This document shows, piece by piece, positions 9,554-19,284 of a stretch of DNA of 64,000 nt. The DNA comes from Candidatus Aminicenantes bacterium. GTDB lineage: Bacteria > Acidobacteriota > Aminicenantia > Aminicenantales > Saccharicenantaceae. The stretch lies in assembly GCA_963809345.1 (NCBI GenBank), contig CAWEJF010000007.1:6633-70632 (forward strand). Direction: 5' to 3'. The notes below the pieces were generated by a model, which saw only the letters and a program-made list of their open reading frames with translations, did not search any database and was not told where the DNA came from. Each line of letters begins with the position of its first letter. Within the stretch, counting starts at the first letter, position 1. The translations under genes were made by a program, and so were the position numbers.

Positions 9554-10822
9554 TTAGGCGATGTAGGGGATCGTCTGCGGGCCCTCGGGCATGACGCAGA
9601 TCGAGGCGCCGCGGCCGTATTTGTCCAGCAGATCGGCGATCGTGTCCTCGATACGCCGGCACGGCCTGAGGAGGGCGGCGCGGATCTGTGCGTCCGTCAG
9701 GCCGTCGGACCTGACGAAGACCTCGGCCTTCGATTGGACGAGGGCCTGGACGTGGGCCTGCCACTGGTCCTGTTCGAGGAAGCCCGGGGCGCAGATCCTT
9801 TCGAGCAGCTCGCGCGGGTCGCGCGACTCGCGCAGGATCTCCCCGTAGAGCCCGTGTTCCGGGACGCCGTCCCAGCAGCTCGTGGCGATGATGACGACTC
9901 CGCCCGGCCTGACGACCTGGTCGGCCGCCCTCATGCCCTTGACCGATTGGTAAAGGTTGATGTCGAGCGGGTAGCCGGAATTCGTCGTGACAACGATGTC
10001 AAACGGCAGAGCGACGGGGACCATGGCGGAACCCTTGACGAAAGCGCAGCCGGCGGCGTGGGCCCGGTCGAGGTCGCCGGCGAATACGCCCGTCACGGCC
10101 TTGTCGCGGTTGAGGGTCACGTTGAGCAGGAACAGGCGACCGGCCTGCCCGGCGACCTCGCGCACTTCCTCCCAGATCGGGTTGCCGTGGGTGACGCCCC
10201 ATATGGCCTTCGGGTGCCCGACCATGCCGGCATCATGGTTGCCGAGGACGGTGCGCTGGCCGGCCATGCCGGGCATGATCGCCTTGCCCCCGCCGGAAAA
10301 GCCGGCGAAGAGGTGCGGCTCGATGAAACCCGTCAGGACCTTCAGGTCGCAGCGCATGAGCTCCGCGTTGAGCCAAGTCTCGTGGCCCTTTGAGGTCACG
10401 CCGACCCGGACCTGGGTCGCCGGCTCGAAGGTGTTGTTCTGGACGATGCGCCGCGTCTCGAAGATCGCGCCGCCCAGCATCGCCCGCAGCTCGGCTTCGG
10501 TGTTCGGCCGGTGCGTGCCCAGGGCGTTGAACAGGGTCACATCGACGCCCGGGACGGCGTCCAGGACCTCGAGGACGGCCGCGAGGAGCAGCGGATTGGG
10601 CGCGGGGCGGGTGATGTCGCTGAAGATGACCCCGACGCGCATGCCAGAGCGGATGAGCTCTCGGAGGGGCGGCGAGCCGATCGGCGCTTCGAGGGCGGCG
10701 CGGATGGCAGCGCCGGGGTCGGGCAACGCCGGGACAAATGTCGGCTCGACGACCGTAACATCGAGGGCGGCGTCGAGCTCGAGCGGCAGCCCCGTTTTCC
10801 CGTAGGCCAGCTTGATGCGCAT
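9554..10822 (-). CDS. larA: nickel-pincer-dependent lactate racemase family (LarA) 2-hydroxyacid racemase/epimerase
   Basis: DITRP, GTHRP, EPHLFAGFSGGGK, LGNH and YQSVK motifs. Confidence 0.88.
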   Translation of the reverse strand: MRIKLAYGKTGLPLELDAALDVTVVEPTFVPALPDPGAAIRAALEAPIGSPPLRELIRSGMRVGVIFSDITRPAPNPLLLAAVLEVLDAVPGVDVTLFNALGTHRPNTEAELRAMLGGAIFETRRIVQNNTFEPATQVRVGVTSKGHETWLNAELMRCDLKVLTGFIEPHLFAGFSGGGKAIMPGMAGQRTVLGNHDAGMVGHPKAIWGVTHGNPIWEEVREVAGQAGRLFLLNVTLNRDKAVTGVFAGDLDRAHAAGCAFVKGSAMVPVALPFDIVVTTNSGYPLDINLYQSVKGMRAADQVVRPGGVVIIATSCWDGVPEHGLYGEILRESRDPRELLERICAPGFLEQDQWQAHVQALVQSKAEVFVRSDGLTDAQIRAALLRPCRRIEDTIADLLDKYGRGASICVMPEGPQTIPYIA

Positions 10823-10867
10823 CTCAGCTATTTTAGCACGATATCATTTCTAGTTTCCGATTAAGGG

Positions 10868-10918
10868 AGAGAGGGTCAAACCTACTTTTTTCGAAATAAA
10901 GTAGGTTTGACCCTCTCT
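10868..10918. repeat. perfect 21-bp inverted repeat (REP/REPIN-like element or terminator)
   Basis: AGAGAGGGTCAAACCTACTTT (10868-10888) pairs with AAAGTAGGTTTGACCCTCTCT (10898-10918); the 9-nt spacer is itself mostly palindromic. Confidence 0.85.
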
Positions 10919-13416
10919 TACCCGTCCCGGGAATCAGCATAGCGCGGCTTGATAGGACTCAGCCGGTATAGCCCCGCGCCGTGATACGGCACGACCGGCG
11001 TGAATTCGCCGGTCACAACACCGACCGGCTTGCCGTTCCAGACGTCCGTGACGGCGACGGACCCCGCGAGTCCGAGGTCGCTCAAACGGACCGGGACGGC
11101 GATCCCCGGATCAAGGCCTTTCTCATGCTTGTCACATGTGTTGAACACCGCGACATACTTGGCCCCGGTCGACGGGTCGTCCGCGGTCCAGGCCGCGAGT
11201 CCGTTGGCGTGGAAGAGCTGGCGGTTGTTCCGGCCCTTCTGGTTGACGGCCAGGACCTCGGCGTTGGTGATGAGCGAGAGCGCCCAGGCGTCGCTCGCCG
11301 GGAGATGTCCGCCGAACATCATCTGGCTCCGGGCGATCGACCAGAGCGTCATGATCGTCCTCTGCTCGTCGTGGCTCAAGAAATTGGGCACGTCCTCCCG
11401 GCCGCCGTGCGAGGCCATCGCGAAATAGCCAGGGTTCTTGGTGACGTTCTTGGACCAGCCCTCGGGCAGGAAGCGGAGGTGGCCGAGAGGCAGCATGTCC
11501 GGCTCCGGCCAGTGGCCGGGCCCGGTGTACGGGGTCCATTCGTGGAGCCGCCTGAACGCCGGCAGGACCTGGTCCCAGTAATCCCAGAGGTCGCCGAGCA
11601 GGCGCCACGCGTTGGCGTTTTTCACGAGCGCATCGGCCCGGGAAAGAGGCATCGGCCCGAACGAGAGGCTCAGCACGATGGGCCGCCCCGTCTTGTCGAT
11701 GGCCCGCCGCAGCATGGCGATCTCCTCGCCTCGATAGCAGAGGTCGTCGGCCTTGACGAAATCGACCCCCCACGCCGCGAGCTGCCGGAAGAGGGAATCG
11801 TACCATTCCTGCGCGCCAGCCTTCGTGATGTCGACGCCCCACTGGTCCTCGTTCCAGTCGCAAAAATCCGCCTTGTCGGCGATGTCGGCGGCACGGAAGC
11901 GCGAACCTTCGATGGGGGTGTTCCTCTCGACGGCCAGCCGCGGGACGCCGCGCACGATGTGGACGCCGAACTTCAGACCCTTGCGGTGGACGTAGTCGGC
12001 CAGCGGCCTGAAGCCGCGCCCCCCGGCCGAGGAGGGGAACCTCGATCCGGCTGGGATGAAGCGGCCGAACGCGTCGACGTCGGACTTCGAACGGACCGGG
12101 TAATCCGGGCCGACCCGCTGCGGCTCGGACCATTCGATGTCGACGACGACGTACCGCCAGCCGAACCGGGCCAGCCGGGCGGCCATGAAGTCGGCGTTGG
12201 CCTTGACCTCGTCCTCGGTGACGGCCTGGCCGAACGAATCCCAGCTGTTCCACCCGAGCGGCGGGGCGAGCGCCCAAGCGTGGAACGGTTCGGCTACGGA
12301 GGCGCTTTTCATGATCTCACCCGGGCGGGTTTTGCCGGAGAGCTTGCGGAGGAGAGCCGTCTCGGCCTCGATGTAGGGCGCCCCGTCCGGCCGCATGACA
12401 TCGTGGAACCATGTCTGCGGCTCCGGGCTCCCCTCCTTCGAACCCCAAGGGAAGATCGTCTGTGTCTTGCCGCTGACGAAGCCCCTGTTCATCGCCCCGA
12501 CATCTTCACCCTTGAAGAGCGGCAGGATCGCCTCGAACCGGCTCCCGGCCGTCCGGGCCATATACTCCGTGCAGACGAGCGGGCGCCCGTGGACCTTGAG
12601 CGCCGCGACCCGCTTTTCCGCGTCCTCCCGTTTCTGATAGGAATGGAAGGAGATGATATCGGAGTGTTCGACTTGGAACCGGTTGAGCTCGGCCAGCTCT
12701 TTCGACTCGTCCCAGATCCCGGCCGTGAGCGGCTGGGACGGCGCAATCGTCCGGGCCCAGGCGAAAACCTCCTTGAGGAGCGGGAGGGACCTCGACCCGT
12801 AGTTCGAATTCCCGGGTTCGTTGTAAAGGTCCCACGCCAGGACGCGGCGGTCGCCGCAGAAGAAGCCGATGACCCCGCGTGTGTAATCCTCGAGGACGCC
12901 CCAGCGGCCGGGGGTCTCGAGGAGGTCTGGCCCGGGGCATTGGACCCAGCCCGAGTTATGGACGCCGGGCCGGGGCGCCGGTTGCGGGCCGAGGCTGGCC
13001 TTGGCGTTCCAGCAGTCGTCGAAGAGGACGAACATCGTGCCGATGTGATGCCTGTCGGCGATCTCCAGGAACCGCTCCAGGCGCCGAAGGAATCCGCCCG
13101 CGTCCTGCTCCCACAGGAGATAATGGAGGAAGACCCGGACGGCATTGAACCCGAGGTCTTCGGCCCAGCCGAGCTCCTGGTCGATGATGGCCGGGTCGAA
13201 CGTCGACTCCTGCCACATCTCGAGCGTATTGATGGCCGTCCGCGGGATGTAATTGCAGCCCAGCGTCCAGGGCTGGCTGTCGGCCCATGTGCGGGCCTTC
13301 TCCGCGGTCCAGCGCCCGGGGGCTGTCTTCGCGACCTGGCCGGCTGCCCCCGCGCTTAAGACGACGATGGCCGCCGCGACAGCGACACATCGGGTCCCTC
13401 TCCCCAGCATCCTCAT
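10918..13416 (-). CDS. exported bimodular glycoside hydrolase: clan GH-A (GH5-like) domain plus GH27 alpha-galactosidase-like domain
   Basis: Signal peptide; WDLYNEP and CTEYMAR glutamate motifs; then PPLGWNSWD, VVVDIEW, WGVDFVKAD, WR..GDLWD, PDMLPLG. Confidence 0.85.
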   Translation of the reverse strand: MRMLGRGTRCVAVAAAIVVLSAGAAGQVAKTAPGRWTAEKARTWADSQPWTLGCNYIPRTAINTLEMWQESTFDPAIIDQELGWAEDLGFNAVRVFLHYLLWEQDAGGFLRRLERFLEIADRHHIGTMFVLFDDCWNAKASLGPQPAPRPGVHNSGWVQCPGPDLLETPGRWGVLEDYTRGVIGFFCGDRRVLAWDLYNEPGNSNYGSRSLPLLKEVFAWARTIAPSQPLTAGIWDESKELAELNRFQVEHSDIISFHSYQKREDAEKRVAALKVHGRPLVCTEYMARTAGSRFEAILPLFKGEDVGAMNRGFVSGKTQTIFPWGSKEGSPEPQTWFHDVMRPDGAPYIEAETALLRKLSGKTRPGEIMKSASVAEPFHAWALAPPLGWNSWDSFGQAVTEDEVKANADFMAARLARFGWRYVVVDIEWSEPQRVGPDYPVRSKSDVDAFGRFIPAGSRFPSSAGGRGFRPLADYVHRKGLKFGVHIVRGVPRLAVERNTPIEGSRFRAADIADKADFCDWNEDQWGVDITKAGAQEWYDSLFRQLAAWGVDFVKADDLCYRGEEIAMLRRAIDKTGRPIVLSLSFGPMPLSRADALVKNANAWRLLGDLWDYWDQVLPAFRRLHEWTPYTGPGHWPEPDMLPLGHLRFLPEGWSKNVTKNPGYFAMASHGGREDVPNFLSHDEQRTIMTLWSIARSQMMFGGHLPASDAWALSLITNAEVLAVNQKGRNNRQLFHANGLAAWTADDPSTGAKYVAVFNTCDKHEKGLDPGIAVPVRLSDLGLAGSVAVTDVWNGKPVGVVTGEFTPVVPYHGAGLYRLSPIKPRYADSRDG

Positions 13417-13426
13417 TCTCGTGCCT

Positions 13427-15386
13427 CTAATCTTTATTGAAGACGGCCCAGTTGGGGTTCTGGCGGAGCGCCTCCAGACGGAAGGCGGTCGGCCAGGCGA
13501 CCAGCCACTGGCTGACGGCGAACGGCTGGAGCCAACGCGTGTGAAGAAATCCCTCGTCCTGGCTGCCGTAGGGCCTCTTCTTGCCCATGACGACGAGATC
13601 TCCGCCCGATATGCCGATCGTGCCGTTGGCCCAGGCCGCGACGGCCCGTTCCCGCCAAACCGCCTTTCCGGTGAGCTGGGCCAGCTTGATCCAATCGTTG
13701 ACGATGGCCAAGGCGTAGGGGTCCTGGTGGTGATGCTGGGTCGAGACGGCCGTGCCGCCGTAGGTGTCGTAGCCGAGTTCGCGTAGAACCGTGCCCTCGG
13801 CGAAGGGCACGCTGTAGTGCCATTGCCACGTGGCCAGGTAATAGGAGACGTCCTCGGCTCACTTTCAGGTACTGGGCCTTGCCGGTGACGTCATAGAGCT
13901 CGAGGGCCGCCTTGAGAAGCGGCGTCGCCGACTCCTTGTCGATGCAATAGGTGTCGAGAGCCCCGGCCGTCGTGAAGCCGTTGCGGACGAATTCGTTGAG
14001 GTAAAAAGCGTAGGCCTTTTCCGCGCCCTCGAGGTAGGCGGCCTTATGGGTGGCCCGGAAGGCGGTAACAAGGGGCGGGATGAGGAAAGCGCCGATCGTG
14101 CCCTCGGGATCGACGATCTTCCCCTCGCTCGTCCAGGCCTTGCCGATGCGGCCATCGGCCCGCATGGCCTTTAGGGCGAAGTCGCAGACGCCGAGCGCCG
14201 CCGCCCGATACTCGGGCTTGCGCAGGCCGCAGCGCGCGGCCAGGTCGAAGGCCTCGAAATAGCCCTGCGCGGCGTGGCCGAGGTTGCAGGCGTCCTGGAC
14301 CTCGTTCTTGGGGTCCTCGAGCCCCATGACATAATCATAATGGCAGCGAAAGAGCCCGTTCTTCAGCCGGGCGTTCTTGAGCCACGCGTCGAGGCACTGG
14401 ATCCCCTTGTCGAGAGAGCGGCGCTCGTTCGACAGGAGGTAGTCGTGGAGCATCGCGTTGGCCAAGGAGATGTTCTGCCCGGCCCAGCCGATCTCGTATT
14501 TCCAAGATTGCCGCTGGATCCAGCCCTGTTCCTGCGGGTCCCAGCGCAAGCCGATCGAGAACCCCTTGAAACCCTTTTCTTCGGCCCACAGGCTATCGGC
14601 GGCGAACTGGACGCCTAGCTCCCAGAGCTCTTCGGGCTCGAAGCGGGGCTTCACGGGCCGCGCGTTGAGCGCCCACGCGGCATCGACGAGGGCGTGCCAG
14701 CCATGGCGGGGCGTCGTGACCGCGCCGACGACGATCCAGGCCTTGAGCGCGATCGTCTGGTCGCGGGACACCCGCAGGTCGCCGCGATAGGCATCCTGAT
14801 AGGCATCGCGCATGGCGTAGACCTCGGGCGTCTCCTCCTCCGGCCAGACGAGCCGGTGGACGGTCTTGTCGGCGCGCGGCTCGAGCGAGCACGAAAAGCC
14901 GCCGATGAGCTGACCGGGCGCGCTGAAGAGGCCGACCGACCAGGCCTCGGACTCGGAGTAGGTCGCGCCGGGGATCGAGGTGCGATGATAAGCGAAGGTC
15001 CAGGGCTGCCCGTCCTTGACGAAACCCTTGGGTTCGAGGCCCTTGCCCCAAGCGTTGCCGTCGTACGACACGGCCGGGATAAGGCTGTAGCGCGACGCGT
15101 AGAGCGCTTCGAGCTCCATCGTCAGCCGTGCCGGCCGGACGTAGTCCTCCCCTTTGTAGCGGAAAGTCCTGGTCCACTCGAAGAGGCCGGGCCGGACCTC
15201 GCGGACGGCGTCCTCCGCCGCGAAATCCTTTCCGGCGAACGGGACGAGCGCCGCGACAGGCCGGCCGTCGGCGGTGAGCGTTTGGGACGCCCCGTCCTTG
15301 CGGAGCTCGATCCGGGCCTGGGCCAGGCCGAAGGCGACGGCGAAGACGAGGAGGCAGACGGCGAGTAAGGTCATGCGTTTGATCAT
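13427..15386 (-). pseudogene. exported (alpha/alpha)-barrel glycosidase-like protein, frameshifted near 13859 (possibly sequencing error)
   Basis: Signal peptide MIKRMTLLAVCLL; EIGWAGQN, GALDTYCIDKES; removing one base joins ...QYLKV to AEDVSYYLATWQWHY, which continues into ORF 13427..13810. Confidence 0.65.
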
Positions 15387-15497
15387 TTGGGGATTCTCTC
15401 GGTCAGGAGTTTCGGGCACACGGTCTCCTCGGGTTATACCAGAGGCCCCCCGAAAAGACAAGGCGCGGTCGACCGGTGAGGTACGGACAAAAGCGCT

Positions 15498-15526
15498 TTG
15501 AAATCGCCCCCGCCGTGGGATATGAT
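15498..15526 (+). promoter_or_regulatory. sigma70-type promoter of fba
   Basis: TTGAAA-17 bp-TATGAT. Confidence 0.6.
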
Positions 15527-15564
15527 GAAAGCGGGTTCCCAGCTCATTCCAAGGAGGTTCGACC

Positions 15565-16590
15565 ATGCCCGTTTCCTATAAAAATCTCGGTTTAGCCAAT
15601 ACCAATGATATGTTCCGGCGTGCCTTTGCCGGGAGGTACGCGGTACCGGCCTACAACTTCAACAACATGGAGCAGCTCCAGGCCATCATCACGGCCTGCG
15701 TCGAGACGCGCTCGCCGGTCATCCTCCAGATCTCGAGCGGCGCCCGGAAGTACGCCAACCAAACGCTCCTCCGCTACATGGCCGAGGGCGCTGTCCGCAT
15801 GGCCCGGGAGATGGAGAAGGCCAAGGGCGCGGACCAGGCCATCCCGATCACCCTTCACCTCGACCATGGCGACACCTTCGAGCTGGCCAAGTCCTGCATC
15901 GAAAACGGCTTCTCGTCGGTCATGATCGACGGCTCGCATCTTCCCTACGAGGAGAACATCGCCCTGACCCGCCAGGTCGTCGAATACGCCCGGCCGCTCG
16001 GCGTCTCGGTCGAAGGCGAGCTCGGCCGCTTGGCCGGGATCGAGGACGACGTCAAAGCCGAAACGTCGAGCTACACCCACCCGGAGCAGGTCGTCGATTT
16101 CGTCAGGCGGTCGACGGTCGATTCGCTGGCCATCTCCATCGGGACCTCTCACGGCGCCTACAAGTTCAAGCCCGAGCAGTGCACCCGCGACGAGCGGGGC
16201 ATCCTCGTCCCGCCGCCTTTGCGGTTCGACATCCTGGCCGAGGTCGAGAAGCAGATCCCCGGCTTCCCCATCGTCCTCCACGGCGCCTCGTCGGTCATCC
16301 AAGAGGCCGTGGCCATGATCAACAAGTACGGCGGCAAGATGAAGGACGCCATCGGCGTGCCGGAGGAGCAGCTGCGGCAGGCCGCCCGGTCGGCCGTCTG
16401 CAAGATCAACATCGACACCGACGGCCGTATGGTCATGACCGCCACGGTCCGCCAGGTCTTCGCCGAATCGCCCGGAGAGTTCGACCCTCGTAAGTACCTC
16501 GGCCCGGCCCGGACCGCCCTCATCGAGATGTACAAGAGGAAGAACCGCGAGGTCCTGGGTTCGGCGGGCCGCTACGGACAGGAATTCTAG
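15565..16590 (+). CDS. fba: class II fructose-1,6-bisphosphate aldolase
   Basis: AYNFNNMEQ, LHLDHG, SSVMIDGSH, EGELG, GTSHGAYKF, VLHGASS, KINIDTD, FDPRKYL; AAGGAGG SD. Confidence 0.95.
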   Translation: MPVSYKNLGLANTNDMFRRAFAGRYAVPAYNFNNMEQLQAIITACVETRSPVILQISSGARKYANQTLLRYMAEGAVRMAREMEKAKGADQAIPITLHLDHGDTFELAKSCIENGFSSVMIDGSHLPYEENIALTRQVVEYARPLGVSVEGELGRLAGIEDDVKAETSSYTHPEQVVDFVRRSTVDSLAISIGTSHGAYKFKPEQCTRDERGILVPPPLRFDILAEVEKQIPGFPIVLHGASSVIQEAVAMINKYGGKMKDAIGVPEEQLRQAARSAVCKINIDTDGRMVMTATVRQVFAESPGEFDPRKYLGPARTALIEMYKRKNREVLGSAGRYGQEF

Positions 16591-16602
16591 CCGGAGGGGC
16601 GC

Positions 16603-17293
16603 TCAGTCCTTGATAGGGCCGGAGCCCGCGGGCGCCTTGAGGCGCTGGCCGACCCGCTCGATGACCTTGGGCAACTCGTGTTTCGAGAGCGACAAGGCCA
16701 ATCCTTTCATCCCCAGGGGCACGCGGCCGGGGTCCGTGTAGACGTGATAGATGGCGAGGAGCCGCCCGTCGCCGAACGGCCCGACCTGCCAGTGACCCGA
16801 GGTGTCGACGACCGAATGGTTGAGCGGGACCTCGGGCCAAGGCGCCTTGACCCAGTCGATCCGGAAGCCATCCGTCCCCCGTCGAACGGTGTACCTGAGC
16901 CGATAGCGCCGGTGGACGCCCAGGGGCAGCTTCAGGTACTGCTCGACGAGGAAGACTGGTGTCGCTTTCGTCTGTGACGACGGTCCGCTCCACGCGGGGC
17001 ATGAATTCATCATAGTGCCGGTAGTCGGTGACGACTTTGAGGACCTCGTCCACGGTCCCCGACAGGATTCCCACGGCCTCGTAGGTCCGGCCTTTCCGGC
17101 CGGGATTGGGGATCTCACGCAGGATGATCTTGCCTTTGATGACCTCGGCCCGCTCGAGGCTGGTGAGCGTCAGCCCTTCGACCTCGGGCGCGCCCGCTTG
17201 CGGCAGGGCACCGCTAGGTTCGGCCGCGACGGCGATCGCGACGGCGATGGCGGCGCACGCTAATAGCGCCAAGAGCAGGGGGACACGAAACAC
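16603..17293 (-). pseudogene. exported SRPBCC/START-fold protein, frameshifted near 16957 (possibly sequencing error)
   Basis: Signal peptide; V..VVTDYRHYDEFMPRV; continues in the alternative frame as VFLVEQYLK...SGHWQV...YTDPGRVP. Confidence 0.6.
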
Positions 17294-17427
17294 GCGCCTT
17301 CAGCTCCTTCCTCAGCCCATTTCGGGCAGTTCCGGCGTCATTTTCTGGTAACGGGGGCGGCAATGCAAGCGATTCTTGGCCAGGAGTGGCTTTTCTCGTA
17401 TATAATGGGCGGGAAAGGTGGTTTCGC

Positions 17428-17823
17428 ATGAAAGATCATATCAAGGTCATCGGGATCCTGTGGGTTATCCTAGGGGTATTCTGTCTGGGCCTGGCCTTTC
17501 TGGCGCTGCTCTTTTTCTTCGGCGTCGCCCAGATCCCCAACGTGGAGGACGTCGGACCGGGGGCCCTGCGGATCATCGGGATCCTGGCCAGCTCGTTCCT
17601 CGGCCTCATCGGCCTGCCCCAGATCATCGGGGGCCTGGGCCTTCTCCAGCACAAGGAATGGGCCCGCATCCTCATGCTGGTCGTCTCGTTCCTGAGTCTC
17701 GTCCACGTGCCGTTCGGCACCTTCCTGGGCGTCTATTCGATGATCATCCTGTTCAATCCCGAGACGATCCGGCAGTTCCAGGCGGGGACAGCGGCGCCCG
17801 TCCAGCCCGCGCCACCGAAATAG
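17428..17823 (+). CDS. small multi-pass membrane protein, hypothetical
   Basis: Several hydrophobic helices; GLLQHKEWARIL and PFGTFLGVY; TATAAT at 17401 and an SD-like sequence upstream. Confidence 0.7.
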   Translation: MKDHIKVIGILWVILGVFCLGLAFLALLFFFGVAQIPNVEDVGPGALRIIGILASSFLGLIGLPQIIGGLGLLQHKEWARILMLVVSFLSLVHVPFGTFLGVYSMIILFNPETIRQFQAGTAAPVQPAPPK

Positions 17824-17845
17824 CCGCGTCCGTCCAAGAGCGGGC

Positions 17846-18685
17846 CTATTTTTTGACCGACGGGTCGGGCTTGAGCCCGACCTTCTTGTAGAGCTCCCGC
17901 CGCCCTTCCTTGTCTCCCTCCATGATCTTCCGGGCGTACTTGGCCACGGCTTCGGCCTTGGCCCGGGGCACGACCACGACCCCGTCGCCGTCGGCCACGA
18001 TGACATCGCCGGGGATGACGAGGACGCCGCCGCAGACGATGGGTCGGTTGACGGATTCGAGCTCGTTCCTCCCCGGCCGGATGCCGCGGCCGACCTGCCT
18101 CAAATAGAGCGGGACCTTCTGGGTGATGATCTCGTCGGTGTCGCGGGCGGTCCCATCAGTGACGACGCCGACGCAGCCGAGGGACTGCCACTCGAGGATG
18201 TTGTAGGAGCCGATCGAGCCGACGTCGGCGCGGGGCGCGTCGTCGATAACGAGGGCGGTGCCCGGGCGGATGAGCGGGGCGAACGATTCCGGGGAGAGCT
18301 TGTCGTACCAGTCCCCCGCCCACGCATCATAGGCCTCGATCGCGAGCACGCCAGCCGTCGGTCTCTGGGTGGGAACATAGCGGGCCGTGACGGCGATGCC
18401 GACGAAGCGGTGGCCGAAATTCACGGTGTCGCGCCAGAGCGCGTGGATCTCCGGTTCCATGGTGCCGGTGTCGACGAGTCCGACCGCGTCCATGCCGTCG
18501 ACGACATCGGAGACCCGCAGGCCTTTGAACAGGGCCAGGACGGCCTTGTCCGCGGCCTCGGTAAAGGCCGGGGTGGCGATGTAGCTCCGGCCGGCCCGGA
18601 GCGCGTCCGCCTCAGACGTTTTCGCGGTCTGGGCGGAGGCGGGAAGAGACAGCGACAGAAGCAGCAGTCCGATGATGATGATCAC
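17846..18685 (-). CDS. RraA/HMG-aldolase family protein with N-terminal signal peptide
   Basis: SDVVDGMD, GVVTDGTARDTDEI, GGVLVIPGDVIVADGDGVVVVP; AAGGAGG SD. Confidence 0.82.
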   Translation of the reverse strand: MIIIIGLLLLSLSLPASAQTAKTSEADALRAGRSYIATPAFTEAADKAVLALFKGLRVSDVVDGMDAVGLVDTGTMEPEIHALWRDTVNFGHRFVGIAVTARYVPTQRPTAGVLAIEAYDAWAGDWYDKLSPESFAPLIRPGTALVIDDAPRADVGSIGSYNILEWQSLGCVGVVTDGTARDTDEIITQKVPLYLRQVGRGIRPGRNELESVNRPIVCGGVLVIPGDVIVADGDGVVVVPRAKAEAVAKYARKIMEGDKEGRRELYKKVGLKPDPSVKK

Positions 18686-18744
18686 GATGAACCCTCCTTG
18701 CGATCTTCCGGCGCCCCGCGGCGCCGGCCCCCGGCCTATGGGCC

Positions 18745-19185
18745 CTAGATGATGAGCTTGCCCAGTCCGATCAGGAAGAGCAGCGCCCCGAGGGCGAGAA
18801 CATACTTATAGGGGATGGCCAGGCCTTCCTTGACATGAACGACCCAGACGTCCCGGTCATAGCTCGCGCCCGTCTCGCCGCGGTATTTCTCCTTGATCTG
18901 CTCGACGATCTTTTGGACGGTGTCGAGCCTGGCCTGGTGCTGGGCGATGGCGGCGCGGATCTCCTGCTGCTCGGCGGAGGTCAGGGTCCGTTCGAAGACC
19001 TTGTCCTCGGTCGAGAACCTGAGCACGCCGTCCACCTGAATGAAGAACAGGACGAGAGGGATGCCGATGCCGAGGAGCATCAGCGTGAGCCCCTGATTGC
19101 GTCCGCTTCCCCATACCCTCGGCCGTTTGCCCTCTGGCATGAGCCGCGCGTCCCATTCATCTCGCTTGGCGTCTTTTTTGAACAT
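18745..19185 (-). CDS. hypothetical membrane protein with two TM helices
   Basis: AAGGAGG SD; upstream TTGACT-17-TATTTT; two hydrophobic segments flanking a helical loop. Confidence 0.65.
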   Translation of the reverse strand: MFKKDAKRDEWDARLMPEGKRPRVWGSGRNQGLTLMLLGIGIPLVLFFIQVDGVLRFSTEDKVFERTLTSAEQQEIRAAIAQHQARLDTVQKIVEQIKEKYRGETGASYDRDVWVVHVKEGLAIPYKYVLALGALLFLIGLGKLII

Positions 19186-19284
19186 GGACGGCCTCCTTCA
19201 CAGGTTTTGTCGGGGCTCGACGGGGGCGGGCACAAAATATCTTTTTACAGGGGCGAAGTCAACGGCCGCGTACGTTCATTCGGA

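Noticed and set aside
10981-13359. Long antisense or alternate-frame ORFs (also 1086..2363, 42070..44457, 59663..61312 and others)
   Set aside because: Expected stop-codon scarcity in high-GC coding DNA; no recognisable motifs, and they overlap well-supported genes.
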